Of a DNA stretch of 64,000 bases, positions 1 through 9,663 are shown piece by piece. Below the pieces are notes generated by a model. It did no database searches. It had not been told where the DNA came from and saw nothing but the letters and a program-made list of their open reading frames with translations. Made by a program: the position numbers and the translations under genes. This DNA is from an uncultured Acidimicrobiales bacterium (GTDB lineage Bacteria > Actinomycetota > Acidimicrobiia > Acidimicrobiales > SZUA-35). Each line of letters opens with the position of its first letter. The stretch's first letter is position 1. The stretch covers positions 9,079 to 73,078 of the forward strand of contig CALGOA010000063.1 in the NCBI GenBank assembly GCA_937958015.1. The letters run 5' to 3'.

Positions 1-1812
1 GTAGTGCGTGTCGTACAGCTGCCAATCGGTTACCGGCGCACCGGCGATCGCGGCATGGATCCGTTCGGGGGCCCGCATGGCGGCGAGTGCCGCTAGGTAT
101 CCACCGAACGACCAGCCTCGGATGCCGACCCGGCCCAGATCGAGGAAGGGATACATCGCAGCTGCGGCGTCGAGGGCATCCAGCTGATCCTCAAGAACCG
201 GTGCCGCCAGATCGCCCCACACCATCCGCTCGAATGCGGGACCGCGTCCGGGGGTGCCCCGGCCGTCGGTGACCAGCACCGCGTAACCCTGCTCGGCAAA
301 CCACCGGGACACCAGGTGTGGGTTGTGCGACTTGAGTACTCGCTGGGCGTGGGGACCACCGTAGGGGTCGAGAAGCACCGGCAGGGCGGATTCGCCGTCG
401 TGATCCGAGGGCAGAAACAGAGCGCTGGACAGGTGCCGCGAACCCAACGAGAGAAAGATGGGTTCGGCTCGGAGCCACGGGTCCTCGCACAGATTGCGGA
501 TCGTTCTGGTCTCCTCGGCCCGCCGCACCTCGTAGGTCGTGATGGGGGAGGTGGGGTCGGTGGAGGCGATGACCATGGTGCCGGCCGCCGCCGTTGCGCT
601 GTGCACGCCAGGGGTTGTGGTCAACGTTTCTGGCGACCAACCGTCGGCCGGGATCAGCACCACATGGATCTCGGTTGGATCCTCGAGGCTGGCGGTTATG
701 AGCGCACCCTGTTCGTCGACGGATACAAGGCTTCGAACCTGCAGAGGTTTCTCGGTGACCGGATTCCCGTCGATGCAGAGAGCTCGTCGGTCCGGTAGAT
801 CCTCGATCGTGTAGAGGCTGCCGTCGTGGAGGCGGGGCGCCCCGGGGTGAAGTTCGGTCCAGTGCGCATCGGTGATCGACCGAAGAACCGTGGGGGTCGC
901 GCTGTCGGCGAACTGCAGGACCGAGGTGGTTCGCTGATCTCTCGACTGGGTGACCACGATCGGATCGCCCGAATTCCACACGACGTCGGCGAGGTACTCG
1001 TCGGAGCCTTCGATCGCCCACGAGAGTTGTTGGGAGCCCCCGGACAAGGCGAAGCGATGGAGCTCGACGTCGGCGTTGGGCGACCCGGCCCGCGGATACC
1101 GAATCTCGGTCGGCGTCACCGATGGGTTGGCGGGGTCGGCGATGTGCCAGACCGGAACCGCTTCCACGTCGACGCGACAGGCGATGAGTTCATCGCTATC
1201 CGGCGACCACCAGAATCCGCGAGTTCGGCCCATTTCCTCACCGGCTACGAACTCGGCCAAACCCCACGAGACCGTGTCTGCTTCGGTTGGAGAAATTGCA
1301 GCGTCGCGGTCGGGTTGACCATCGGAACCCAGGGTGGTGACCCGGAGCTGATTGTTCGACACGTAGGCGATGGCCGTTCCAGACGGACAGAGGCGTGCGT
1401 CGAAGGCGGGTTCGGCACTGTCGACCGATCGGAGTTCTCCGGAGGAGATGTTCACAAGGTAGATAGAGCCGGCGAGCACGAACGTGGCAAGCGGGAGTTC
1501 CTGGGCGACCGCGTAACGGACGATGCCGCCTGCGGACTCACGGGCGCGCTCCCGGCGGGCTTTCTCCTCGGCGCTCAGTTCGTCCTGATCACCGCCGAGG
1601 GTGGCGGCATCGACGATCAGGCGTTCGGTTCCGCTGTCGACGTCGAGGGCCCACAGCCCCAGTGTCGCGGTCGTTCCGTTGACCGATCGGAGAAAAAGGA
1701 CCGTCGCCCCATCGTCGATGATCGACAACGACCTCGGTACGCCGAGGCTGAATCGTTGGGTCTTCGCATAGGCGAGGGGAAAACCCAAAACGGCCGTTGA
1801 ATCTGCTCCCAT
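1..1812 (-). CDS. S9 family serine peptidase (DPP IV-type N-terminal propeller plus prolyl-oligopeptidase catalytic domain); the C-terminus runs off the window start
   Basis: Open minus-strand frame from ATG at 1812 to base 1. It is missing from the ORF track because no stop lies in the window. The translation contains LLDPYGGPHAQ and the nucleophile elbow GIRGWSFGGYLA (GxSxGG). Confidence 0.85.
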   Translation of the reverse strand, partial: MGADSTAVLGFPLAYAKTQRFSLGVPRSLSIIDDGATVLFLRSVNGTTATLGLWALDVDSGTERLIVDAATLGGDQDELSAEEKARRERARESAGGIVRYAVAQELPLATFVLAGSIYLVNISSGELRSVDSAEPAFDARLCPSGTAIAYVSNNQLRVTTLGSDGQPDRDAAISPTEADTVSWGLAEFVAGEEMGRTRGFWWSPDSDELIACRVDVEAVPVWHIADPANPSVTPTEIRYPRAGSPNADVELHRFALSGGSQQLSWAIEGSDEYLADVVWNSGDPIVVTQSRDQRTTSVLQFADSATPTVLRSITDAHWTELHPGAPRLHDGSLYTIEDLPDRRALCIDGNPVTEKPLQVRSLVSVDEQGALITASLEDPTEIHVVLIPADGWSPETLTTTPGVHSATAAAGTMVIASTDPTSPITTYEVRRAEETRTIRNLCEDPWLRAEPIFLSLGSRHLSSALFLPSDHDGESALPVLLDPYGGPHAQRVLKSHNPHLVSRWFAEQGYAVLVTDGRGTPGRGPAFERMVWGDLAAPVLEDQLDALDAAAAMYPFLDLGRVGIRGWSFGGYLAALAAMRAPERIHAAIAGAPVTDWQLYDTHY

Positions 1813-1877
1813 TACCGCCCGAACCTAGCCAACAATGGGGCATTCCGCGCTCGGAACCATCGGCGGTGGTTGGGGCG

Positions 1878-3284
1878 TCACCGTATGCGCGCCCGGATGC
1901 CGAGATCGCCGAAACCGGCCCGGAAACAGTTCTTCAAAAGCTTGACCTCGGAGATCGCAGCGGGGTCGATGTGCATGCCGACAAAGACCGAGTCGGTGTA
2001 GGAAAGCAGGGTCACGTTCAGCGCCGTTCCCGAGACCGGACCGACCGGAATCCACTTGAGGACCTTCTGGCCTGCGAAGAATGCATCGATCGGTGGACCG
2101 GGCACGTTGCTGGTTGCGAGATCGACCCGGCTGGCCTGGCCGAGGGCGAGACCGGCGGAGAGATCGGTGGGAAGCGCCGCAGCTAGACCGCTGACCGAAC
2201 CGAGCAGATCCCGATGGGACCGCAGGGCGTCTCGGCGTAACTGGATCTCGGTATTGATGTAGGCAACCCGCTCATCGGCGCCGACGCCGTGGCCCGGGAG
2301 ATGAATACTGGCCGGGGTAAAGGCGTTGACGGTGGCGTCGTCGTCGGGTCGACGGGTGCTGACCACAACCGTGGACGAGATCTCGGGCAGTTCGACCCCG
2401 AACTCGTCGTGATACCGGAGAACCCCTTCGGCGCAGGATCCGACGAAGACGTCGTTGAGCCGGACACCACGCTTCTTGGCCGACGCCTTCAGTTGCGGCA
2501 GCGGAATCTCCAACCATTCCAGCCTCCGGTTGCGTGACCGGTCGCTCCAGAGATCCGAGCCGGAGTGCCCACCGAGGCCGGGGAACTGGTTGGCCACCGC
2601 ACGCGCCGCCTGCACCGCATCGTTGCCCGCTGATGTGATACGCCGGCGATCCGCCAGTAGCGATGCGATGTCGCCGACCCGACTGAAGAAGCCGGGGCCA
2701 TCCTCATCGTCGTTCTCGGGCTCCGCCTCTTCGGATTGCACTGCGGCAACAGCCGATTCGGTCTGCAATTCGGCGAACACCTGTTGCAGGTCGATCGCTT
2801 CCGGCGGAGAGCCGGGTTCGCCGAAGGAGTAGATCTCACCGGCCATCTGCAGTGCACCGAGCCCGTCGGCAATCGAATGATGCAACTTCGCAACGAGGGC
2901 TGCCCGCCCACCGGGTAGGCCGGTGATCAGCAGCGACTCCCATAGCGGTCGGCTGCGATCAAAGGGATCGTTGATCCACTGCACCACCGCGTTCGACAGT
3001 TCCTCGGCGGTCGCCTTGGCAGGAAGGCGCATGAATCGAACGTGGTGATCGAGGTCGAACTGGGTGTCCAGGGTCCACACCGGGGATCCGATCCCCAGGG
3101 TCGGTTCGGACACCTTGAGGCGCAGTCGGGGGACGCGAGCGACGGCTTTCCGCCACGACGCCAGCGCCCATTCGCGGTCGGGGGCGCGGTCCAGAATCAG
3201 CAGCGAACCCATGGTGGATGCGAGGTTCGGGTTCGACTCGAGGCCCCAGAGCAACTCCTCGGTATCGGTCAGTGCGAGTTCCAC
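1878..3284 (-). CDS. wax ester synthase/diacylglycerol acyltransferase (WS/DGAT) family
   Basis: 468 aa ORF with the catalytic HHxxxDG motif (HHSIADG) and a typical WS/DGAT N-terminus and length. Confidence 0.9.
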   Translation of the reverse strand: MELALTDTEELLWGLESNPNLASTMGSLLILDRAPDREWALASWRKAVARVPRLRLKVSEPTLGIGSPVWTLDTQFDLDHHVRFMRLPAKATAEELSNAVVQWINDPFDRSRPLWESLLITGLPGGRAALVAKLHHSIADGLGALQMAGEIYSFGEPGSPPEAIDLQQVFAELQTESAVAAVQSEEAEPENDDEDGPGFFSRVGDIASLLADRRRITSAGNDAVQAARAVANQFPGLGGHSGSDLWSDRSRNRRLEWLEIPLPQLKASAKKRGVRLNDVFVGSCAEGVLRYHDEFGVELPEISSTVVVSTRRPDDDATVNAFTPASIHLPGHGVGADERVAYINTEIQLRRDALRSHRDLLGSVSGLAAALPTDLSAGLALGQASRVDLATSNVPGPPIDAFFAGQKVLKWIPVGPVSGTALNVTLLSYTDSVFVGMHIDPAAISEVKLLKNCFRAGFGDLGIRARIR

Positions 3285-3445
3285 GATCCCAGCCTAGGAC
3301 GCTGTCTATCTCTCGGTCTGATCGATGCCCGGTGCCGTCGTTTGCAGGGCTGAAACGCTTCGGTTCCAGAGTCAGCGCGATTGGCCGATACACTAAGAGG
3401 ACATTGCAACGGGCAAACGCCCGTTAAGGAAATGAGGTTACTTTC

Positions 3446-3712
3446 ATGGTCAAAGTATGGATTGATCAGGATCTTTGCACCGGCGACGGCCTGTGCGCTG
3501 AGATTGCTCCCGACGTCTTCTTCGGAATGGACGATGGGCTGTACTACGTGAAAGAGGACAAAGGAAACTTTGGTGAAGAGAAGCTCTTCGACGGCGCGGC
3601 ACATCCCGCTGGCGTCGAAGGAATGGCTCGGGTACCCGACGGTGGCCTCGATCGAGTGATCGAGTCGGCGGAAGAGTGTCCCGGCGAATGCATCTTTATC
3701 GAGGTCGAGTAA
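3446..3712 (+). CDS. small single-cluster ferredoxin
   Basis: 88 aa. CTGDGLC...ECPGEC cysteine pattern typical of actinobacterial 3Fe-4S/4Fe-4S ferredoxins. GGAAATGAGG lies upstream of the ATG. Confidence 0.85.
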   Translation: MVKVWIDQDLCTGDGLCAEIAPDVFFGMDDGLYYVKEDKGNFGEEKLFDGAAHPAGVEGMARVPDGGLDRVIESAEECPGECIFIEVE

Positions 3713-3719
3713 CACCTCG

Positions 3720-3781
3720 GCCCCGTAGTGCGGGGCACAACATGATCTGAAAGAAACGCCGGGCCTTTGGCTCGGCGTTTC
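3720..3781 (+). terminator. two hairpins downstream of the ferredoxin gene
   Basis: GCCCCG-tagtg-CGGGGC (3720-3736) and GAAACGCCG-11 nt-CGGCGTTTC (3753-3781, 9-bp stem). The second overlaps the track start at 3767, which argues for the later start of the next gene. Confidence 0.45.
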
Positions 3782-3796
3782 TCATTGAATGGACAT

Positions 3797-4711
3797 ATGG
3801 GCCGATTGGACCATGTGCACTGGGATTGGATCATCGCGACGAAGTACGTCGCAGCTGTCGGAATGATCGTCGGGTTGGGCTGGATGTGGTCCAACCGCGA
3901 CATCGTGACCGACCCATACGTGAACGACCACACCGTCGAGGCGCTGCGCATCGAACCGTTGACGTTCACCGCAGCCACCATCCCGCCCGACTCCCGGCGT
4001 TCGCTCGCCCTCGCCGAAGCACCCGATACCGGCGAGGTAGCGCTGAGTCCACTCGCGTTCGTCGATGAAGCCGTCGATCCGCCGGCCGTTCGCGGTGGTG
4101 CCGCCAGAATCTCGGGCCGGGTTCGTGGCCTCGATGCCACCGATGTAGGGGTGGTTCAGCTCACCCGCATTACCGACGGTGGTTCCTCGTCGATCTCGGT
4201 TTCCATCGAGGACGATGGCTCCTACCGGGCCGCCGGGCTCCAGGGTGGGCGCTACCGGGTTCGAGCGTTGGTTCCGGGGCTCCGGGCCTCCAACGGCTCG
4301 GTCGTCATCTTTCTGGGCAACGAAGGGGATCGGACCGCCGACCTTTCGGTCACGACGCCACCGCAGGGTCTGGTCTTCGATGTGGTCTCCACCGAACGGC
4401 CGATTCTTGGCAATCGTTCGGTCGTTGCGATCACCGTTGGTCAGCAGGTGGTCGACAATTCGGGACGCTCGGTCGTGTCGCCGGTTCCGAACGTTGCCGT
4501 CACCGCAAGCTTCTCGCCGATCGTGAGCCTGCTGTCGGAATCGACCGCGATCACCAACGGTGGTGGCGCCGCCCGGTTCCTCGTTCAGTGCGACCAACTC
4601 GGCACAAGTTCGATCACCGTGACCGCGCAGGATCAGACGGCGGTGTTGACCATCTCGCCCTGTGTCGTAGAACCTCCGCCCGAGGTGGAAGCCGAGGATG
4701 ACGATGGCTGA
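3797..4711 (+). CDS. membrane-anchored hypothetical protein with a carboxypeptidase-regulatory-like beta-sandwich segment
   Basis: ORF 3767..4711, start moved to the in-frame ATG at 3797 (MGRLDHVHW) beyond the upstream hairpin. It has an N-terminal TM helix, then ISGRVRG...DDGSYRAAGLQGGRYRVRA. It overlaps the PBP gene by 14 nt. Confidence 0.6.
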   Translation: MGRLDHVHWDWIIATKYVAAVGMIVGLGWMWSNRDIVTDPYVNDHTVEALRIEPLTFTAATIPPDSRRSLALAEAPDTGEVALSPLAFVDEAVDPPAVRGGAARISGRVRGLDATDVGVVQLTRITDGGSSSISVSIEDDGSYRAAGLQGGRYRVRALVPGLRASNGSVVIFLGNEGDRTADLSVTTPPQGLVFDVVSTERPILGNRSVVAITVGQQVVDNSGRSVVSPVPNVAVTASFSPIVSLLSESTAITNGGGAARFLVQCDQLGTSSITVTAQDQTAVLTISPCVVEPPPEVEAEDDDG

Positions 4712-6899
4712 GTTTGACCGCTTCGGGGAACGTCGGGGCACCGGTTTTGTGATCGGTCTCCTCCATACGATGTCGGCCTTTGGTTTGGGCCTGTTCTTCG
4801 TGCCGCCGCTGATCGCCGGTGTCGCAGCACTCACGCTGTTGAAGGCGCCCCTGCCCGGTGCGCTCCCGGACGAACGACCTGATCTCATAGCGAAGCCTTC
4901 GGTCATCGTTGACAAGAACGGTGAGGAGATCGGTCTGCTGCGCGGGTTCGAGCAGACGGTTGAGGTGCGCCAGGCCGACGTGCCGAAGGTGATGAAGAAC
5001 GCCATAGTCGCAATTGAGGACCAGCGTTTCTGGGAACACGATGGTGTTGATCTCGAAGGTGTTGCCCGTGCAGCGCGGGTCAACCTTGAAGCGGGCGGGA
5101 TCTCCCAGGGCGGATCAACGATCACACAGCAGTACGTGAAGAACGTCTACCTGACGAAGGATCAGACCTTCGAACGTAAAGCACGCGAGGCCCTGTTGGC
5201 GGCCGAACTCGAACAGGTGATGTCGAAAGAGACGATCCTGTTCCGATACCTCGAAACCTCGTACTTCGGGGCCGGCGCCTACGGAGTGGGAGCGGCCGCC
5301 GAGGTGTACTTCGGCAAGTCGATCCGGGATCTCGATATTTCTGAGGCCGCGACCCTTGCCGGGATCGTCAAAGCGCCCTCACGCCTCAGTCCCCGCGAAA
5401 ACGTCGAGGCAGCCGACGAACGACGACGCGTTGTTCTTCAGTCGATGCTCGACCAGGACTACCTCACCGAGGAGGAGTACGAACGCGAGGCCGCCCGAAC
5501 CCTTTGGTTGGTAGAGAACGGCCCGCCACCGAGCGGACCGGTCACCGTGATCGTTCCGCTGGAGTCCAAAGGCGCCACCGATCACCCGTTCTTCGTGGAC
5601 TGGGTTGAGGCCGAACTGCTCGAACGTTTCGACGATGAACTGGTGTACCGAGGTGGGCTCACGGTTGAAACCACGATCGATCCTGCGCTGCAGTTGGAGG
5701 CCGAGGCGGCGATTGCCGACCGTTTGGGCTCGACCGAGTACCCGATCGAAATGGCATCGGTGACCCTGGACCACAGCAACGGTCACGTTCTGGCCATGGT
5801 CGGCGGACGAGACTACGACTTCAGTCAGGTGAACCTCGCCATTGGCGGAAGTACCGGCTTTCAGCCCGGATCGTCGTTCAAACCGATCGTGCTCGCCGAG
5901 GCGTTCAGCCGCGGTCTCGGCCCCGACACGATGTACCGGGCGCCCGGATCCATTGAAGTGCCCGGGTGTGTTGGCACCCAGTGCACCATCGAGAACTACG
6001 ACTACAAGGACCGGGGCCGGATCGATCTTCGCGAAGCCACGTGGAAGTCGGTCAACACAGTCTTCGCCCAGCTCGTTCTGGACGTTTCGATTCCGGACAC
6101 GGTCACCCTCGCTCGCGAGTTGGGTCTGGAACGGCTCAACCCGAACGGGGAGTACGGCGCCAGCCTGGCGCTCGGTGCCGCCGAAAGTTCACCGTTGGAG
6201 ATGGCGTCGGCGTACGGCACCTTCGCCAACCGCGGCGTTCGGGTAGCCCCGACCGGCATCCTCCGAGTGTTCGACGACGAAGGAAACGTTCTGCTCGACA
6301 ATTCGCAGGGCCTGGACACCAGAGTGCTGAAGGAAGCGGTCGCCGATCACGTCACCGACGTGTTGCGTGGTGTTGTGACCGACGGAACCGGTAAGGAAGC
6401 TCAGGTCGAGGGGCATGACATCGCGGGGAAGACCGGCACCGCACAGGCCTATCGAGCTGCATGGTTCGTTGGTTATGACACCCATGTGACCACCGCGGTC
6501 TGGATGGGACACGCCGACAAGCTGGCGAGCCTCCGCAACATCAATGGCGTCGGCAACGTCACCGGTGGAAGCCACCCGGCCAAGGCCTTCGCTCGGATCA
6601 TGTCCGCCGCTCTCGCCGGGGTTGACCCGGTCGAGTTCCCCGAACCCGCCGAACTGCCGCAGCGGGCGACGTCACGAGACCAGGTAGTGGCCAGTCGAAG
6701 TGAAACCGCCGCCAACCCCCGTTCCCCGGTCCGGGGTGTCGCAGCCGACTGTGGGGGTCCCTGCTTCTCGTCCGACATCCCAACCCCGGCCCTGATCGCT
6801 CCGCCCACCACCGTTCCGGCCCCGCCCACAACTCTCGAACCAACCGAAGAACCGACGTCGACGACCAGCGCAGAACCTGCGCAGGGAGAACAGCCATGA
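4698..6899 (+). CDS. class A penicillin-binding protein (bifunctional transglycosylase/transpeptidase, PBP1A-type)
   Basis: GT51 motifs EDQRFWEHDGVD, GGSTITQQ and RKAREA. Transpeptidase motifs SSFK (SxxK), SVN (SxN) and KTGT. N-terminal TM anchor and a Pro/Thr-rich tail. Confidence 0.95.
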   Translation: MTMAEFDRFGERRGTGFVIGLLHTMSAFGLGLFFVPPLIAGVAALTLLKAPLPGALPDERPDLIAKPSVIVDKNGEEIGLLRGFEQTVEVRQADVPKVMKNAIVAIEDQRFWEHDGVDLEGVARAARVNLEAGGISQGGSTITQQYVKNVYLTKDQTFERKAREALLAAELEQVMSKETILFRYLETSYFGAGAYGVGAAAEVYFGKSIRDLDISEAATLAGIVKAPSRLSPRENVEAADERRRVVLQSMLDQDYLTEEEYEREAARTLWLVENGPPPSGPVTVIVPLESKGATDHPFFVDWVEAELLERFDDELVYRGGLTVETTIDPALQLEAEAAIADRLGSTEYPIEMASVTLDHSNGHVLAMVGGRDYDFSQVNLAIGGSTGFQPGSSFKPIVLAEAFSRGLGPDTMYRAPGSIEVPGCVGTQCTIENYDYKDRGRIDLREATWKSVNTVFAQLVLDVSIPDTVTLARELGLERLNPNGEYGASLALGAAESSPLEMASAYGTFANRGVRVAPTGILRVFDDEGNVLLDNSQGLDTRVLKEAVADHVTDVLRGVVTDGTGKEAQVEGHDIAGKTGTAQAYRAAWFVGYDTHVTTAVWMGHADKLASLRNINGVGNVTGGSHPAKAFARIMSAALAGVDPVEFPEPAELPQRATSRDQVVASRSETAANPRSPVRGVAADCGGPCFSSDIPTPALIAPPTTVPAPPTTLEPTEEPTSTTSAEPAQGEQP

Positions 6900-8257
6900 G
6901 CCCACGAGAAACCACCACCACGACCAGCGTTCCGTCGGTCGATGCGCCGGTCTCTTCCGCCCCGGTGGACCTTCGCCAACAGCGCCCGAGCTCCCAGGCG
7001 AAGACGTTGATCGAACGCCGCGGTGCACCGCAGTCGACGCCGGCCGAACCGCGCCACTCGGCCGCCCCGCCCTCCGACCGCCTGCGCCGGGCGGCAACCA
7101 GGTTGCCTGCGACCTCCGAACGCTCGGCGGCTCCGGCTCCCTCTCCGACTCCGACTCCGACCACGGTTGATCCGCAGCTGCGGGGCCGTACATCTTCGAA
7201 CGACTCACTATCGGACCTGCTGGATCGGGGCCGTGCCCTCTTCGAAGGACGAACCCGCACCGGTGGAGTGGCCCCGTCGATTCGGCCCCGCACCGCCTGG
7301 GATCGGTTCCGCGAGGGGCGACTGCTCGAGCGTCGGGGCTTCGTGCCCCTTACTCCGGGCCGCTCGAAGCGTCGACACCGGATCCTTCCCCGCACCGTGA
7401 TCGGAATTTCGTTCATGTTGCTTGCGCTTTCGGTGGGCGTGGCGTTCGCCGGCGCAGGCTTCTACGCCTACTACGACAACCGCCTTGCTGCGAACGAGGA
7501 GGAAATCGCTCAGTTCGTCGAAGGATTCGATGCTCAATTCGTCGATGCCTCCAACTCGATCAACGAACTGCGGGGTGACTCGCTCGAACAGATCAGAGAC
7601 GAACTCCAACCGCTCGGCGAGTACGTGTCCGAGCAGAACGGTGTCGTGAACCTGCCCGACCTGGTCGGGCCGTCGGTGTATCAACTTCGCACCGCCAACG
7701 AACGGGGCGCTCCGGTGGCGGGAACCGCAGCAGCGGTTGCGAAACATCCCAACGGCACCGTGTTCGTGACGAGTTACTCGCTGGTGAAATCCAGCACGAT
7801 CCGACCCTCGCCTGCGATCGAACTGTTGAAGGGTGAAGAAACGATCCCCGCCACGTTGTGGTCATGGGACCCCGACCGCGACCTTGCCCTGGTCATCGTC
7901 GAGGCAGAAGTTCCAACCCTCGAGTTCGCAACCGAGGAGCAGTTGGTGTCGTCGATCGGTTTGAAGATCTTCGCCATGAGCGGCACCGGTGGTCAGGGCT
8001 CAACCGCCTCGCCCGGGACCGTGCTCGACCGCAGCGAGGCTGGATATCAGCACACCGCCGCCGTTGGCGAGTTGTTCAACGGGGGCCCACTGGTGAGCAG
8101 CGATGGCAAGCTCATGGGTATTGCCAGCACCTCGTATGCCCCGCTCGGCTTCGCTGGCGGCGACGTACGTTTCGCTCCGGACCTGACCGGGCTCTGCGCT
8201 CGGCTGCTCAACTGTGCCGATCCGGTCGAGCCCGAAGCTGCCGATCCCGACAACTGA
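6896..8257 (+). CDS. Pro/Arg-rich membrane protein with a degenerate trypsin-like (S1C/HtrA-type) domain
   Basis: ATGA overlap with the PBP gene. Long low-complexity N-terminus, one TM helix, then a trypsin_2-like fold. The His-box equivalent reads FVTSYSLV, the Asp box is DRDLALV, and the Ser box reads LFNGGPLV instead of GNSGGP. Confidence 0.7.
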   Translation: MSPRETTTTTSVPSVDAPVSSAPVDLRQQRPSSQAKTLIERRGAPQSTPAEPRHSAAPPSDRLRRAATRLPATSERSAAPAPSPTPTPTTVDPQLRGRTSSNDSLSDLLDRGRALFEGRTRTGGVAPSIRPRTAWDRFREGRLLERRGFVPLTPGRSKRRHRILPRTVIGISFMLLALSVGVAFAGAGFYAYYDNRLAANEEEIAQFVEGFDAQFVDASNSINELRGDSLEQIRDELQPLGEYVSEQNGVVNLPDLVGPSVYQLRTANERGAPVAGTAAAVAKHPNGTVFVTSYSLVKSSTIRPSPAIELLKGEETIPATLWSWDPDRDLALVIVEAEVPTLEFATEEQLVSSIGLKIFAMSGTGGQGSTASPGTVLDRSEAGYQHTAAVGELFNGGPLVSSDGKLMGIASTSYAPLGFAGGDVRFAPDLTGLCARLLNCADPVEPEAADPDN

Positions 8258-8329
8258 TCCGTCGGACGGGTCGCAGATCCCGACCGGAGTGGTCGGGGCC
8301 AAGTGGGCACGCTCCAGTAGTCTGATCGG

Positions 8330-8521
8330 ATGATCTCTCAAACCGGGATGCTGCTGGGCGGCGCAGGATTGCTGTTGGCTTTGATTGCGGTCATCATCGA
8401 CCGACTCAACTTCCCTCAACGTAAGTTCATCCCGAAGCGGGTGTGGACCTACGGTCGGGGCCCATTCCGTGATCGCACCGGCGCTCATATCGCCGAGGTC
8501 TGGGAAGAGGAGGACTACTGA
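8330..8521 (+). CDS. small membrane protein (hypothetical)
   Basis: 63 aa with one clear TM helix (LLGGAGLLLALIAVII). Its stop overlaps the ATG of the next gene (TGATG). Confidence 0.5.
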   Translation: MISQTGMLLGGAGLLLALIAVIIDRLNFPQRKFIPKRVWTYGRGPFRDRTGAHIAEVWEEEDY

Positions 8522-9663
8522 TGGTGGCAAGTGTTCGAGATCGGGTGTCGTCGATGGATCTCAATCCGCTCGACGATCCCAGCGCCACCCAGTACCGGGT
8601 GGGGTTCATCAAGACCGCCAAGCTCGTGTTTAAGCGTTTCGGCAAACACAACGCCACCGTGATCGCGGCGGGCATCGCCTTCTATGCGCTGTTGGCGTTG
8701 CTTCCCACCCTGATCGCTATGACCAGCCTGTACTCGCTCCTGAATGATCCCCAAGAGATCCTCGATCAGGTGAATGAGTTCGCAGCCAACCTCGATGAGG
8801 AAGGCGCGGCAGCGGAAGACAACAGCACCAGCGAACTGGTTCGTAGCTTCGGCGAAGCCGCCGTGCCAAAGAACGACGACGGCACCGTCGCCGATGGTGG
8901 TTTCAGCACCGGCCGGCTGATCAGCGTGATCGTTGCCGTGGCCATCGCCCTGTTCTCGGCATCGGGTACGACCCAGAAGTTGATGAACATCGTGAATGGT
9001 GCCTACGAAGCCGAAGAGTCACGAAGTGGTCTGCTTCTGCGCGGTTTGGCGTACCTGTTCACCGCGCTCGCCATCCTGTTCGTGGTCGTATTGATTGGCG
9101 CGTTGGGTGTGATCCCGGCGATTGCGGCTCAGGCTGACCTCGGCGGCACGGCCGAGGTTGCGGTGAACGTTGGAACCTACGTGGGTCTGGCGATCCTGTT
9201 TCCGCTGGCCTTGACCGTGCTGTACCGCTATAGCCCGGATCGAGTGAAGAAGACCCCGTGGAAGAACAAGGGAGCCCGCGTCGCGATGGTCCTGTGGGTC
9301 CTTTCGGCGATTGCGCTCAGCTTCTACGCCCGCAACATCGGCAGTTTCGGTGCCGCCTATGCCCTTATCGGAGGTATTGCCGGCATCATCATCTTCTTCC
9401 AGCTCACCGCCATCTCGATCATCATCGGCGCCGAGGTGAACGCCGTGCTCGAGGATCCTGCGAACGCCTCGGTCAAGTCCACCGCAGTCGTGCCCGCCAC
9501 CGCGATGGCCGTGACACCGGCCGCCGTGACCCGCCCGGTCGATCGGATCAATGCGGCCAAACGGGGTGGCAAGAAGACGGTGCCTGTGCCCAAGGAACCC
9601 ATACCGCTCGGCAAGGCCCTCGCCGGTGTCGCCGCGCTGGTCTTCCTGGGGCGGCACACCTGA
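8521..9663 (+). CDS. YihY/BrkB (virulence factor BrkB / RNase BN-like) family membrane protein
   Basis: 380 aa, multi-TM. N-terminal signature FKRFGKHNATVIAAGIAFYALLALLP is typical of the YihY family. Confidence 0.85.
   Translation: MVASVRDRVSSMDLNPLDDPSATQYRVGFIKTAKLVFKRFGKHNATVIAAGIAFYALLALLPTLIAMTSLYSLLNDPQEILDQVNEFAANLDEEGAAAEDNSTSELVRSFGEAAVPKNDDGTVADGGFSTGRLISVIVAVAIALFSASGTTQKLMNIVNGAYEAEESRSGLLLRGLAYLFTALAILFVVVLIGALGVIPAIAAQADLGGTAEVAVNVGTYVGLAILFPLALTVLYRYSPDRVKKTPWKNKGARVAMVLWVLSAIALSFYARNIGSFGAAYALIGGIAGIIIFFQLTAISIIIGAEVNAVLEDPANASVKSTAVVPATAMAVTPAAVTRPVDRINAAKRGGKKTVPVPKEPIPLGKALAGVAALVFLGRHT

Noticed and set aside
3782-5125. A 447-aa minus-strand ORF antisense to the hypothetical gene and the PBP gene.
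   Set aside because: The composition is Arg/Pro/Gly-rich, typical of antisense frames in high-GC DNA. It fully overlaps a motif-rich PBP gene on the other strand. The same reasoning was applied to 191..1021(-), 826..1800(+), 6598..7416(-), 9019..9735(-), 31026..32288(-), 32813..33742(-), 36140..36571(-), 53381..54145(+), 55615..56316(+), 56001..56879(-) and 57174..57977(-).
9258-9659. The N-terminal 134 codons of track ORF 9258..10610.
   Set aside because: This part lies entirely inside the YihY/BrkB gene in another frame and translates to Arg/His-rich nonsense. Only the portion after the YihY stop shows GNAT-like sequence.
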